From: Patescibacteria group bacterium | Lineage (GTDB): Bacteria; Patescibacteriota; Gracilibacteria; BD1-5; UBA2023 | DNA length: 41,058 bases | Assembly (NCBI GenBank): GCA_036170735.1 | Contig: JAVHPT010000030.1 | Location: forward strand, 1 to 41,058 | Reading direction: 5' to 3' | Shown: positions 1-10,645 of the stretch, one piece after another | Layout of the letters: every line of letters starts with the position of its first letter | Position numbering within the stretch: position 1 is the stretch's first letter | Translations under genes and position numbers: made by a program | The notes under the pieces: model-generated | Told to the model about the DNA's origin: nothing | The model's input: only the letters and a program-made list of their open reading frames with translations | Databases searched by the model: none

Positions 1-1
1 A

Positions 2-216
2 TCCGGTTCCGGAGGCAATCCCATGATGACACAACTTTCCCATGAAGATCAAACCATATTTACACAGATTATGAATGCACGAAGAAACGGCGATACTCAA
101 CTAGCTGATTAGCTACAAGCTCAACTACAACAAAGATATCCAAATATAATGTTTGCTAGGAGATCTCCATCTAGTGCTAGGATCTGAAGTAGTAAATTCT
201 GGAAGCACCAACTAAG
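2..216 (+). pseudogene. 3' end of an upstream hypothetical gene, interrupted by an in-frame TAG or ending at 112
   Basis: Frame 2 reads SGSGGNPMMTQLSHEDQTIFTQIMNARRNGDTQLAD*LQAQLQQRYPN. The TAG at 110-112 lies in protein-like text. The gene is truncated by the window edge. Confidence 0.35.
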
Positions 217-236
217 TTCTAATTTTCATTATTTCC

Positions 237-280
237 TTGCTTTTATTGTGTTCCCAATATAATAGACCATACCCTATGGT
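237..280 (+). promoter_or_regulatory. csoR promoter with putative CsoR-family operator
   Basis: TTGCTT(237-242)-N15-TATAAT(258-263), then the inverted repeat ACCATA-CCC-TATGGT (266-280) just before ATG 289. Confidence 0.6.
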
Positions 281-288
281 TACCTATT

Positions 289-561
289 ATGACGAGTTAT
301 AAATCAAAACTTCAATTGAACCTCAAAAAGGCTCAATGAACCCTCAGAAAAGTAGAAAAGCTCATGGAAAAAGATGCCTACTGTGCAAATATCGCCCATC
401 AGGTAAATGCCGCCATGTGACTTCTTCAGAGTCTCAATCGTGAACTCCTCAAACATCATCTTGCCTGTTGTGGATCTACGAAACTTTCTGATAACTATCC
501 AGAAAAAGAAGCATTTATCGAGGAGCTTGTACGGACTTGGGATGTCGCCACTCGTAAATAA
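289..561 (+). CDS. csoR: CsoR/RcnR-family metal-sensing repressor
   Basis: With TGA=Gly: MTSYKSKLQLNLKKAQGTLRKVEKLMEKDAYCANIAHQVNAAMGLLQSLNRELLKHHLACCGS... This has the C...H-x3-C Cu(I) ligand pattern and lies upstream of copA. Absent from the ORF track. Confidence 0.9.
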
Positions 562-577
562 AACATTATTTATCTCT

Positions 578-982
578 ATGAGATACCTTCTTTCCTTTAT
601 TCTTACATTTCTTATAACTCTTCCAAATTGTGGGATGGTTTTTTCGGGTACAATAAACAAGATGCTGCCTCTTATAAATAAGGAGATGCCATTTGTAATG
701 ATGTCGAATGATGGAACTCTTTCTTCAGGAAGTGGTAGTATCGAATCCGAGCTTTATAATTGTTGTCCGAATGCTTACAATAATATTCTAGAGAGGGATA
801 TCGCTCCTCTTCAAACGGTGGAAGATGTCTCTACGTTCACTCATATAGGGAACTCTCCACTCGAAAATTATCTGATAGCAGATATTGAAGACTCTCCATG
901 CTCACTCTATCGTCCGGACTCTCCACCAGATCCTTCTGAATATTGTTCCCTCATCGGACATTCCGTCAAACATCTTGATTAA
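578..982 (+). CDS. Hypothetical exported Cys/Met-containing protein, possibly a copper-responsive leader ORF
   Basis: MRYLLSFILTFLITLPNCG signal-like start, then VMMS, YNCCPN and C-terminal RPDSPPDP. Lies between csoR and copA. Confidence 0.65.
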   Translation: MRYLLSFILTFLITLPNCGMVFSGTINKMLPLINKEMPFVMMSNDGTLSSGSGSIESELYNCCPNAYNNILERDIAPLQTVEDVSTFTHIGNSPLENYLIADIEDSPCSLYRPDSPPDPSEYCSLIGHSVKHLD

Positions 983-1075
983 AATATAGTATCTATCCGC
1001 TTTTTTATAATGGTCATTTTTGTACCAATTTTAGAGCGGATTTCTATGTCTCTATTTTTTAAAAAACTTGTCTGT

Positions 1076-3370
1076 ATGAAACAATCCAAAACATTTCCTG
1101 TAAAAGGAATGCACTGTGCTTCATGTGCGAATATCATCGAACGAACATTCAAAAAAATCCATGGAGTTAATGAAGTCTCCGTGAACTATGGTACTGAATC
1201 TATAAAAGTTTCTTTTGATGATACGGCCATCAATCCAGAATCTCTCTCTGGAAAGATAGAGCCTCTCGGATATTCACTCGTTATCCCAATAGCAGAACCT
1301 ATGGGGATGAGTGAAGATGAACACAGGAAACATCTCGGGCTGAGTCAGCAAAAGAAAGAAAAACTTGCTGAACTCAAAGATATGAAGGTAAAGTTACTCT
1401 CGGTAATTCCTCTTGCTATTGTTAGTATATTTGTGATGGGATGGGATACTTTCGCTCAGCTCAGTATCACTCCTCCAATGCCATATATCTGGAAAGAGTT
1501 CTTTCATCACCTCCTTCCGATATTTGCCACGTATACACTCTTCATTGTTGGGAAGCCATATCTCCTCGGACTCTATCGATTTCTCCGTTATGGAAAAGCA
1601 AACATGGATACATTGATTGGACTTGGTACATCCATTGCATTTCTCTATAGCTTCATTGTCAGTGCCTTCGAAGAGCCTCTTACTCCATATATCAATGTTG
1701 CATATACGTACTATGATGTCACAATTGTTGTCATTACTTTTATTGCCCTTGGGAAATATCTTGAAACTCGATCAAAATTTAAAACTGGTGATGCTATAGA
1801 AAAACTTCTCGGGCTCCAGGCAAAAACAGCGCTTATCCTGCGCGATGGGGAAGAGCTGGAAATCCCAATCGACCAAGTTCTCGTTGGTGATATCCTGATA
1901 ATAAAACCAGGGAACAAGATACCTGTAGATGGCGTTATTGTGGAAGGGTCATCATTCGTGGATGAGTCAATGATTACTGGTGAGCCGATTCCACTAGAGA
2001 AAGATACTGGATCAAACGTGGTCGCAGGAACAATGAATACCATAGGATCATTTACCTTTCGTGCTACAAAGGTTGGATCGGAGACACTTCTCGCACACAT
2101 CATAAAAATGGTAGAAGACGCACAGGGAAGTAAGGCACCGATTCAAGCTCTTGCAGATAAGATCTCTGCTATATTTGTTCCGATTGTTCTTATTCTAGCA
2201 TTTCTTGCTCTTGCAATATGGATTTTCGTTGGTACATATTATCTTGGATTCTCAGAGGCACTCAGTCTCGGTCTTTCATCATTTGTTGGAGTTCTTGTTA
2301 TTGCCTGTCCTTGTGCGCTCGGACTTGCTACACCAACTGCTATTATTGTATGAGTAGGAAAGTGAGCGGGTGAAGGAATCCTTATCAAGGATGCCTCAAC
2401 CCTTGAGAAGCTCCACGGAGTCAATGTGATTGTCATGGATAAAACAGGAACTATTACCAAAGGAAAACCAGAACTCATGAATGTGATCAATCACTCGGAT
2501 ATGAGCGATGAAAATCTCCTGTCCATAATTGCCTCTCTGGAAAGCAAGTCCGAGCATCCAGTTGCTCATGCTATTGGAATAGGAGCTAGAGAACGCGGTA
2601 TCAATCTCCGGAACATAGAAGAATTCGAAAGTATCAAGTGAAAAGGTCTCAAAGGAATGATCGATGGCACTGAGTATTATGGTGGAAATATGAAGCTCAT
2701 AACAGATCTCTGATTATCATTTGATGCTGCATCTCTTGCAGAAGAAACAAAACAAGGAAAAACTCCAGTTATCCTTGCCACAAAAGATACCGTACTCTGA
2801 GTTTTCCTCGTGGCAGATACGGTTAAGTCCGAATCACGAGAGGCAATACAAGCACTGCATGTTCTTGATATCAAGGTCATTATGCTCACAGGTGATGATA
2901 AAAATACGGCACAGTTTATTGCAGACCAAGTTGGTATCGATGAGATCATCGCGGAAGTAATGCCGGAAGATAAGCTCAACACCGTGAAAAGACTCCAAGG
3001 AGAATGAAAGATCGTTGCCATGACGGGTGATGGAATCAATGATGCTCCAGCTCTTGCTCAAGCAGATATTGGGATTGCAATGGGAACTGGAACTGATGTG
3101 GCGATTGCCTCAGCGGGGATCACGCTTCTCGGAGGAGATATGTCCAAGCTCGTAAAAGCAGTGAAACTCTCTCGGTTGATCATGGCAGGAATCAAACAAA
3201 ATCTCTTTTGGGCCTTTTTCTACAATCTCATCGGTATTCCTCTTGCTGCGGGACTATTCTATCCGATATTTTGATGGACGCTCTCTCCTGTATTTGCAGG
3301 ACTTGCTATGGCATTTTCCAGTGTATCCGTTGTCTCGAATTCACTTCGTCTCAAGACGAAGAAACTATAA
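1076..3370 (+). CDS. copA: Copper-translocating P1B-type ATPase
   Basis: One frame when TGA=Gly. GMHCASC HMA domain, [39 protein letters not shown] and MAFSS motifs. Confidence 0.96.
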
Positions 3371-3388
3371 CATAACCCTCAAGTACTC

Positions 3389-4393
3389 ATGAAAAAATAC
3401 ACCTATCATATCTCAGGAACACACTGTCCTTCTTGTAAAATCCTGATTGAAGATATTCTCTCGGAAGACTCAGATATCCATGATGCAAGAGTAGATATAA
3501 AAACTGAAACTCTTACTCTCACTACAGAAAATAAAGATGAATATGTGCTTGCTAATGAACTTACGACCACACTCCAATCCCACGGGTATATAGTCTCAAA
3601 AGAAAAGATCGAATGAAAAAAGAGTGACAATGACGTCTTTTGGCAGGCTCTCCCAATTGGCCTTGTTTTCCTTATAGTCTTCTTTTTCCTACAAAAGTCA
3701 GGAATCCTGAATCTCGGAATCGGCGGAACTATTACACCTATCACCGCTTTTCTCATCGGACTTATTGCATCTGTTTCGAGTTGTCTAGCTGTCGTTGGTG
3801 GACTCGTTCTCTCCCTCTCAGCCAAAGTGGCTCAAGATGATCAGAAAAATAAGAAAGCTATCTTTTTTTTCCATACTGGTCGACTTATCGGATTTACGCT
3901 TCTTGGTGGACTCCTTGGTCTCCTCGGGAAAAGACTTGGAGTGAGCTTCACTTTCTCAAGTATCCTTGGAATACTAAGCTCGATTATCATGATACTCCTT
4001 GGACTCAATCTCGTTGGGGTACTAAAGAAAAGCACTTTTACCCTTCCAAGCAGTATTTTTACGTTCTTTCGTAGATTAGAACATGCTGCTCCCGCTCCTA
4101 TTCTTATTGGTGTTGGAACCTTTTTCCTTCCTTGTGGTTTTACTCAGTCGATGCAGGCAATAGCTCTTGCAAGCTGATCGTTTATTTCTGGATCGCTCAT
4201 TATGTTTGCGTTTTCATTTGGAACGCTCCCCGTCCTTGCTCTTCTTTCTTTTAGCTCTGTCTCTTTCTCAAAATCTCGATATGCCCCGCTCTTCTTTGTA
4301 TCAGCAGGTATCGTTGTTATCGGTCTTGGCGTCTTTTCTTTCCTCGGTGGGCTTGCAGGAATCGGAGCTATCCGTCCACTTTTTAATATGTAA
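3389..4393 (+). CDS. HMA-domain plus DsbD_2/TauE-like (cytochrome c biogenesis-type) membrane protein
   Basis: GTHCPSC N-terminus, SVSSCLAVVGG, FHTGRLIG and FFLPCGFTQSMQ. ORF fragments 3389, 3827 and 4202 share a frame joined by TGA. Confidence 0.9.
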
Positions 4394-4404
4394 TATCTAT
4401 CTCT

Positions 4405-4884
4405 ATGTGAAAAAAACTCTCTATTGCCATATCTCTTGGTCTTATCATCGGAATCCTTTATCTCTTTGGAAACCAATTACCCTCCAAAAAGAGTACAAAT
4501 ATTCCTTCTCAGATTACCAATATTTCCTCACAAACTGGAGACACTAGTGATTATGCTAGTAATCCTTCCGGGGACAATACAACTACATCCAGTTCAAATG
4601 TCACCATAAAGGACGGCGTGCAATATATCGTAATCGATGTGAAACAAGGATATTCTCCACGTATTACAGAAGCAAAGTGAGATATACCCACGAAACTTAT
4701 AGCGAAAACGAATGAAACATATGACTGTTCGTCATCGCTTGTAATCCGTTCAATTGGGTATCAGAGTTCTCTCCCAGCAACTTGAGAAACAACAGTCGAT
4801 CTTGGGACACCAAAATCAGGCGGAACACTTGATGCAACCTGCGGAATGGGAATGTACAGCTTTCAAATCAATTTTCACACATAA
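4405..4884 (+). CDS. Membrane-anchored cupredoxin-domain protein (CupA-like)
   Basis: MGKKLSIAISLGLIIGILYLFG anchor, Ser/Thr linker, GYSP, TYDCSSSL and ATCGMGMY motifs. Absent from the ORF track. Confidence 0.88.
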
Positions 4885-5061
4885 ATTTCCATATGTTTTT
4901 TTTGATTTTCAACAGGAGTATTTGTTTGAAAATTTCGAAGGATAGCTTATATTGCTCATTAGAAAAGTGTGATGCTATTATCTGGTGGAATAAATCTATA
5001 TGATAAGACTAGAGCGTAGTCAATATCTCCCTTTCTCTTCCTTATTATAAACTAATTCTGT

Positions 5062-7261
5062 GTGGTAGAAGGTACATTCACCGATATTCTTCGACCCAAA
5101 ACGCAAACGCTGGTCACATATAAAATGATAGATATATATTACCTTTCTTGTCGTTTCTGCTATTTTTACTGTACTCCTTCTCAGTATCCTGATCAATCCC
5201 GTTCTTGCTACCCTCACACTTCCTCATTCGAGTTTTCTCCCAGATGGATGATATATCACCGCAGGACTCAAAGATGAATTTTTCGTATAGACAAAGCTTG
5301 CAAAGGAAAAAGCGAAGTTGGTAGAAGAAATGAAGGGATAAGAAACCATCAGCAAAACACATAAACTTATCTCATCCGGAACAGGAAATACTGTGAAGAT
5401 GGGGTACTTCGTAAACTGGGATGATGCGAGTTTCTACTCTCTAAAAACAAATCTTGATACACTCGATATCGTTGCTGGTGAATGGCTCCATCTCCTTGAC
5501 GGAAGTGGAAATGTCACCATAGATAGTGCTGATCGAGAATCTTTAGTGATAAACTATGTCCGAAGTCATAAACCACAGACAAAGCTTCTCGCGCTCATAA
5601 ACAATTACAACGAGCAAGCATGATGGGATGCCAATGAACTTGCGAAGTCTCTCTCTACCAAAGAAAATCGAGGCAAAGATCATTTCCAGTATCCTTACAC
5701 ATATTCAGAAATACAAACTCGACTGAGCAAGTATCGATTTAGAAAATGTTTCAGACAAAAGCCAAAGTGATCTCATCGAGTTCATGAAAGAACTCACAAC
5801 GGAATTACACACCTACAATCTCATAACAACCATCAATCTTCCAACAGGAAATGACTCTTTTGATTACAAGAAATATGCGGAAAATAGTGACTATATTATC
5901 CTTATGGCATATAACGAACAGTGGTCTACGAGCACTTCTGGTCCAATCGCAAGTATTGATTGGTTCCGAAAAGTAATACAAACAACAACAAAAAGAGTTG
6001 GATCAAATAAAGTCATCGTAGCACTCTGAAGCTATGCATATGATTGGCCCGATGGGTATGAAAGATACTCAGACCAAAACGTTCGAAGAGGCAATGCTCA
6101 CAGCGAAAGAATCTGAAGGTGAGATTACTATGGATGAAATTCTCTCAATCCAACCTTTGATTATGCTGAAGATGATGGAAAGGTTCATCATGTCTGGCTC
6201 CTTGATACAACCACCGTCTTTAACGAAGTACTGATAGCAAATGAGTACAAACCTCACGGATATGCCATCTGGAGACTTGGAAGTGAAGATCCATCACTTT
6301 GGTCACTATTCCGTGCTCCCGTTTTAGATGAACATATGGCACAGTCCCTTACAGGAATTGAGTTTCACTATGATGTTGGTTATGACAGTTTTGGTAATCT
6401 ATCAGAAACAATAAAAAAAGAAGAAAGGCAGCGCTACACACACCAATCTTTCATTAGCGGTTATCATTCCATCATACAATGAAGCGAAGGTAATCAATGA
6501 AACTATTCGATCACTTCTCGCCTCAAAGCATCATAAAAACTTTGAAATCATCGTTGTGATGATAGCTCTACCGATAATACCCTCGACGTCGTCATTGTAT
6601 TACCGTTGTTCCTGGTACTGTTGGTGCCTGGTGTACAGATCTTGTCAGGCAAGCTTGAGGATTTAGTGGTGATACTCTTACGGAAGTCTCTGATCTTACT
6701 ATATCTATCAGTAAACTCGGATATCGTATTCTCTATGAAGAAGACGCTATTGGACTTACCGAAGCGCCCGATACCGTTCGTGGATTTGTTCGTCAGAGAT
6801 ACAGGTGGATGTTCTGAACATTTCAGGCTGTATGGAAACATCGAAATGCAGTATTTCGTCCAAAATATAGGTGGCTTGGCCTTTTTGCTCTTCCAAATAT
6901 TCTCCTCTATCAGATCGTTTTTCCGCTTATTTCCCCCATTATGGATCTCACGATGATACTCAGTATTATCTCCACATTGATAGATCGTTTTGCTCACCCG
7001 TCAACCTTCTCTCCAGATTCTCTTGAGAAAGTCCTTTTTTACTATGCCATGTTCCTATTTGTAGACTATATTACGGCATTTATCGCATTTTCCCTCGAAA
7101 AGAGAGAGGACAAGACACTCCTCATTTGGCTTTTTCTCCAGAGATTTTTCTACCGACAACTCATGTATGTTGTAGCCATTCGATCGATTCTATCCTCGAT
7201 GAAGTGACACGAGGTATGATGGAATAAGCTCGAGAGAAAAGCAACAGTGAAGAGCATGTAA
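5062..7261 (+). pseudogene. Decayed GH18-like / GT2 glycosyltransferase fusion gene (the family usually also has a polysaccharide deacetylase domain)
   Basis: Recognisable pieces: PIFFDPKRKRW, GYFVNWDDAS, LDGASIDLE, WRLGSEDP, VIIPSYNE, QRYRW and QRFFYRQLMY. In-frame TAG/TAA near 5129, 5288 and 5339, frameshifts near 5670, 6060 and 6140, and apparent internal deletions. Confidence 0.85.
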
Positions 7262-7275
7262 GAAGCTCAAGCAAT

Positions 7276-7312
7276 AAAAAAATACTTCCCAAATTGGGAA
7301 GTATTTTTTTTT
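7276..7312. terminator. Bidirectional intrinsic terminator
   Basis: Perfect hairpin AAAAAAATACTTCCCA-AAT-TGGGAAGTATTTTTTT between convergent genes. Confidence 0.9.
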
Positions 7313-7964
7313 ATTCATCTTCAAGTAACTGGAATGTCCCTACCATATTCTTCACGGTATGATGCAGTGGCGAGAGTGTTATATTTTTTGGTAATTTTCC
7401 TCTGATAATACCACAGGTCATAACTATCGGAACCTCTGCAGAGAGAGCCAGCTGATAAGCGGCATCAAGCTTCATAGGAACATATATATCTGCTTCGTAT
7501 GCAAGCATGAGCTTCTCAACATCTGTATCCTCTGGAACGCTATCCACCACAATCCCTCACACAGAGAGACCATAGTCTTCCACATAGTAATCCTTTTGTT
7601 CATTGAATATCTCGAGGAAATGACCAGATCCAAGAAATTTATCACGATTTTCTTTATAGATTTCTGCTTCTTGGATATGAGGATCATACGTAAGGAATAC
7701 GTTTGGAAGAATAATATCCCCAACTTCATGAACAATATCGATAGATTCTCCAAAAAAAGGAAGATATAATCGCTCAGGTACATAGTTTTCGAGAGTCCAA
7801 TCGACGATATCTTTGATCTGTTTTTTCTCGTTAAAAATGAGAATCCACTTCTCACGTTTGTAGACAAAAAACTCTCCCTCCTCTTCGGTAAATCTCTCAA
7901 GTGAGAGGACTGAAAGAAAGGCATCTCGAACTTCTTGGTCTTGAGCAATGATAACTCGAAGCAT
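7311..7964 (-). CDS. Hypothetical protein, possibly a remote nucleoside phosphorylase/MTAN-like fold
   Basis: Two ORF fragments joined by TGA. MLRVIIAQDQE start and EVGDIILPN resemble the PNP_UDP_1 pattern; the fold call is weak. Confidence 0.6.
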
Positions 7965-8130
7965 AGTTTTTATGGTTAGAAAGCTTAAATTCTTGATTTT
8001 TAGCAATGCAAGGATATTATGAAAAAGACACAAAAAAGCAAGGCTTGAGGAAAAACCTAAAACAAAAAGAAAACTATATATACGGGGAATAATACGATTC
8101 ATCAATTATGGCACATAACTTATAACTATT

Positions 8131-8526
8131 TTGGATACTTTTACTCTCGTTTCCTGACTCCTTCTTGGACTCATTATCGGTATGGCACTCATGCGAATAT
8201 TATTCTTCTTTGAGTATAAGAATATTAAGAAATCCACTATCAGAGGATCGAAAAACCAGATTCTTGGAGAACTCTATGAGAAGATTCTTCCAGCACTCCC
8301 AAACTTCCCATATGCACCGAAAGATATGGTCTTCGTAGGGAAGTGATGCGATTACATCATATTCGACGGTCTCACGGAAGGGAGGCTTCGGGAAGTTATA
8401 TTCCTTGAACTCAAAAGTGGGAATGCCACAATAAACTACAATGAGAAGGCTATAAAGTCTGTTATTGATAGGAAACATGTCCGATTCAGTGAATACCGAA
8501 TTGGAAGTGTAAAAAATAAGGAATAA
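8131..8526 (+). CDS. Holliday-junction-resolvase-like PD-(D/E)xK endonuclease (Endonuc_Holl type) with N-terminal TM anchor
   Basis: TTG start, hydrophobic LVSGLLLGLIIGMALM, then ILGELYEKILP..FPY.PKDMVFVGKGCDYIIFDG...IFLELKSG. Confidence 0.85.
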
Positions 8527-8602
8527 TTGTATTTTATAGAGAAAACTGATAATATGCACCGTAAGTGTTTTGAACTCTTGATCTATTAATTTTTAGTTAC
8601 CC

Positions 8603-9352
8603 ATGATTCTCCTCTCAACTTCATCTCTCTCTGGATACTGACTCCATAAGACACTCCTCCTTGCAAAAGAGGCGGAATACGATGGTATAGATATTTCTAT
8701 AGATTTTGACACATTTGATTCATACAATGCCGACTATATAAGCTCTCTGGTACAGTGAGTGAATATTCCCATTCTGAGTGTAACTGCGCCAGAAAGGAGA
8801 CTTACCAAGAAGCAATTTGATCTGATTCTCTCTCTAGCATCAGACCTAAAGGTAAATGTTGTAAATGTTCACCCACCTCATCGTCTTGATAAAGAAAAGG
8901 ATTGGTTTTGAGACTACCTCAAAATTATGCAATCAAAATATCCAAATATCACCATCAATATTGTCAATGCTCCTCCAAAAACCTGGCTTTTTATCATCTC
9001 TGAATATGGAGATGCGCGTCCAGAAACGATCAAAAAGATCACAGAACACACAGCACTCTCAATTGAGAATGTCGATCCAGCAAGTTGAGTAGACCTCATG
9101 AAGACATTTGTGCTCCTTGGAACAACCATGAACTTTATCTATCTCTCTGATAAAACAGAAGAGAGTGACTGACTATTCCCTGGAGAAGGAACCATGCCAC
9201 TTGAGAGCCTACTTATCAAGCTCAAGGAACTTGAATACCATGGATATTTTTCTCTTGATGTAGATCCAAGATCTCTCGATGTAGGAGATGACGCTATGGT
9301 TATAAAACGTCTTCAAAGTGCAAAGAAGTTCCTGTTCAAGTACTTTAGCTAG
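8603..9352 (+). CDS. Sugar-phosphate isomerase/epimerase-like (xylose isomerase/AP_endonuc_2) TIM-barrel protein
   Basis: MILLSTSSL..AKEAEYDGIDI..VNVHPPH..LFPGEGTMPL..L.ELEYHGYFSLDV, continuous with TGA=Gly. Confidence 0.75.
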
Positions 9353-9360
9353 ACGCGAGA

Positions 9361-9897
9361 TTATGGACACTTCCCATCAAGACGAGGAATATATTTACCA
9401 TAACTTCATCAACTTCACCAACCGGTAGCTCAAAAAGAGCTTTTAATATAATCACAAGAAGCAGGCAATTCTCCCTCATTTTCATCGAGAAGATAAGGAA
9501 CATTCCATGGATCACGGTGATATTTTCTTGCTTCACCTACATCATGTCATCCCAATATAAAGATACGATCAATGGCAGTAAACCATCTCATAGCACAAAC
9601 ATGCGTATCAGATACCTCTAACAGAGATCCTGTATATGCTCATCAAGATCCTGGAGGCCTACAACTACAATCTGAACATCAACTGAGGGTAATATATCTT
9701 AGAGCGAGATCCATATTAATTCTCGCATCTTCTATAGCTTGTTGGATATTTCTCATGGCTATCTTCGTTTGAGCCTGTTTTGCCCGCTCAAAATACATTT
9801 TCGAGATCGATGGCATGATAGTTGCTAAAATAGTAATAATAGCGATGACCACCATGAGCTCGACAAGTGTGAATCCCTTATGAAGAGAGAGAGACAT
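9361..9897 (-). CDS. Type IV pilin / pseudopilin-like protein
   Basis: KGFTLVELMVVIAIITILA prepilin motif. Read-through of TGA gives a Cys-rich C-domain with a GspG-like DPW motif, ending GKCP*. Confidence 0.9.
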
Positions 9898-9906
9898 ATA
9901 TCCAAA

Positions 9907-10539
9907 TTAATGAGTAAATATCTTCATAGCCCGAAGTTTTCCTTCAACGGTTGATTCGATCTCAAGACGATCCCGGAGAAAGATATTACCTTTCTGAGCA
10001 AGTATTGATAAAACAAGCTTATCATTGTACTCGAGACGATTGGTAAAATCTTCGAGTGACATGATGGCATATTTTACTTTCTTTCCAAAAAATGTCTTCT
10101 CAAGGAAGTTATTGAACTCTATCTTATCGAGTTCACCGATGATAAATATATCAACGATATTATTAGTTGTCTCATTTCGAAAATCTAGGATACCATTCGA
10201 TATGGTAACGAGATCAAGCATTTTACGTCACTTAAAGAATTCCTTAATCGGAACCATCACATCATAAGACTTCAAGAACATTTCAACGATCTCATGATGG
10301 ATAGGGCAATTGTGATTCATCTGGTAATACTTCTTCTTATTCTGCTCATATGACTTCAATATACCAAGGGCTTCAAGATTCATGAGTTCTCGACGTACAG
10401 CATTGATCTGCTCATCAACTTCACGACAGAGCTCACGAATAAAGAATCCCATGCTAGAGCGTAAAACCACGTCCTCAATCACAAGTTTTTCAAGAAGTTT
10501 CACTCGCGAACGCGAGCCAAAAAGTTTTACGAGATCCAC
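9907..10539 (-). CDS. Winged-helix DNA-binding protein fused to a degenerate minimal nucleotidyltransferase-like domain
   Basis: LFGSRSRVKLL..FIREL.R...EQINAVRREL.NLE..G wHTH, with C-terminal VDIFIIG and KYAIMSLEDF. Two fragments joined by TGA; GTG start. Confidence 0.75.
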
Positions 10540-10645
10540 GGTTTTTGGTGAACAAAGAAATTATACTGTCCCCGAGTATATGAGAAAGAATATGAAATGC
10601 AAGCTTTGGATAGACTTTTTTTGAGTTTTCGCTACACTCTCTCGC

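Noticed and set aside
304-660. Minus-strand 118-aa ORF and many other antisense ORFs in the track (e.g. 10724-11407, 17964-18536, 27950-28636)
   Set aside because: They are shadows of well-supported genes on the opposite strand.
2351-2367. TGA as Trp (code 4) or selenocysteine
   Set aside because: Conserved-motif positions require Gly, and Trp is encoded by TGG throughout.
110-5341. Additional TAG/TAA reassignment suggested by in-frame stops at 110, 5129, 5288 and 5339
   Set aside because: TAG and TAA end intact genes elsewhere (TAG at 9350, 13001, 26522). The stops at 5129-5339 co-occur with frameshifts in a decayed gene, and the one at 110 may be a true stop or a lesion.
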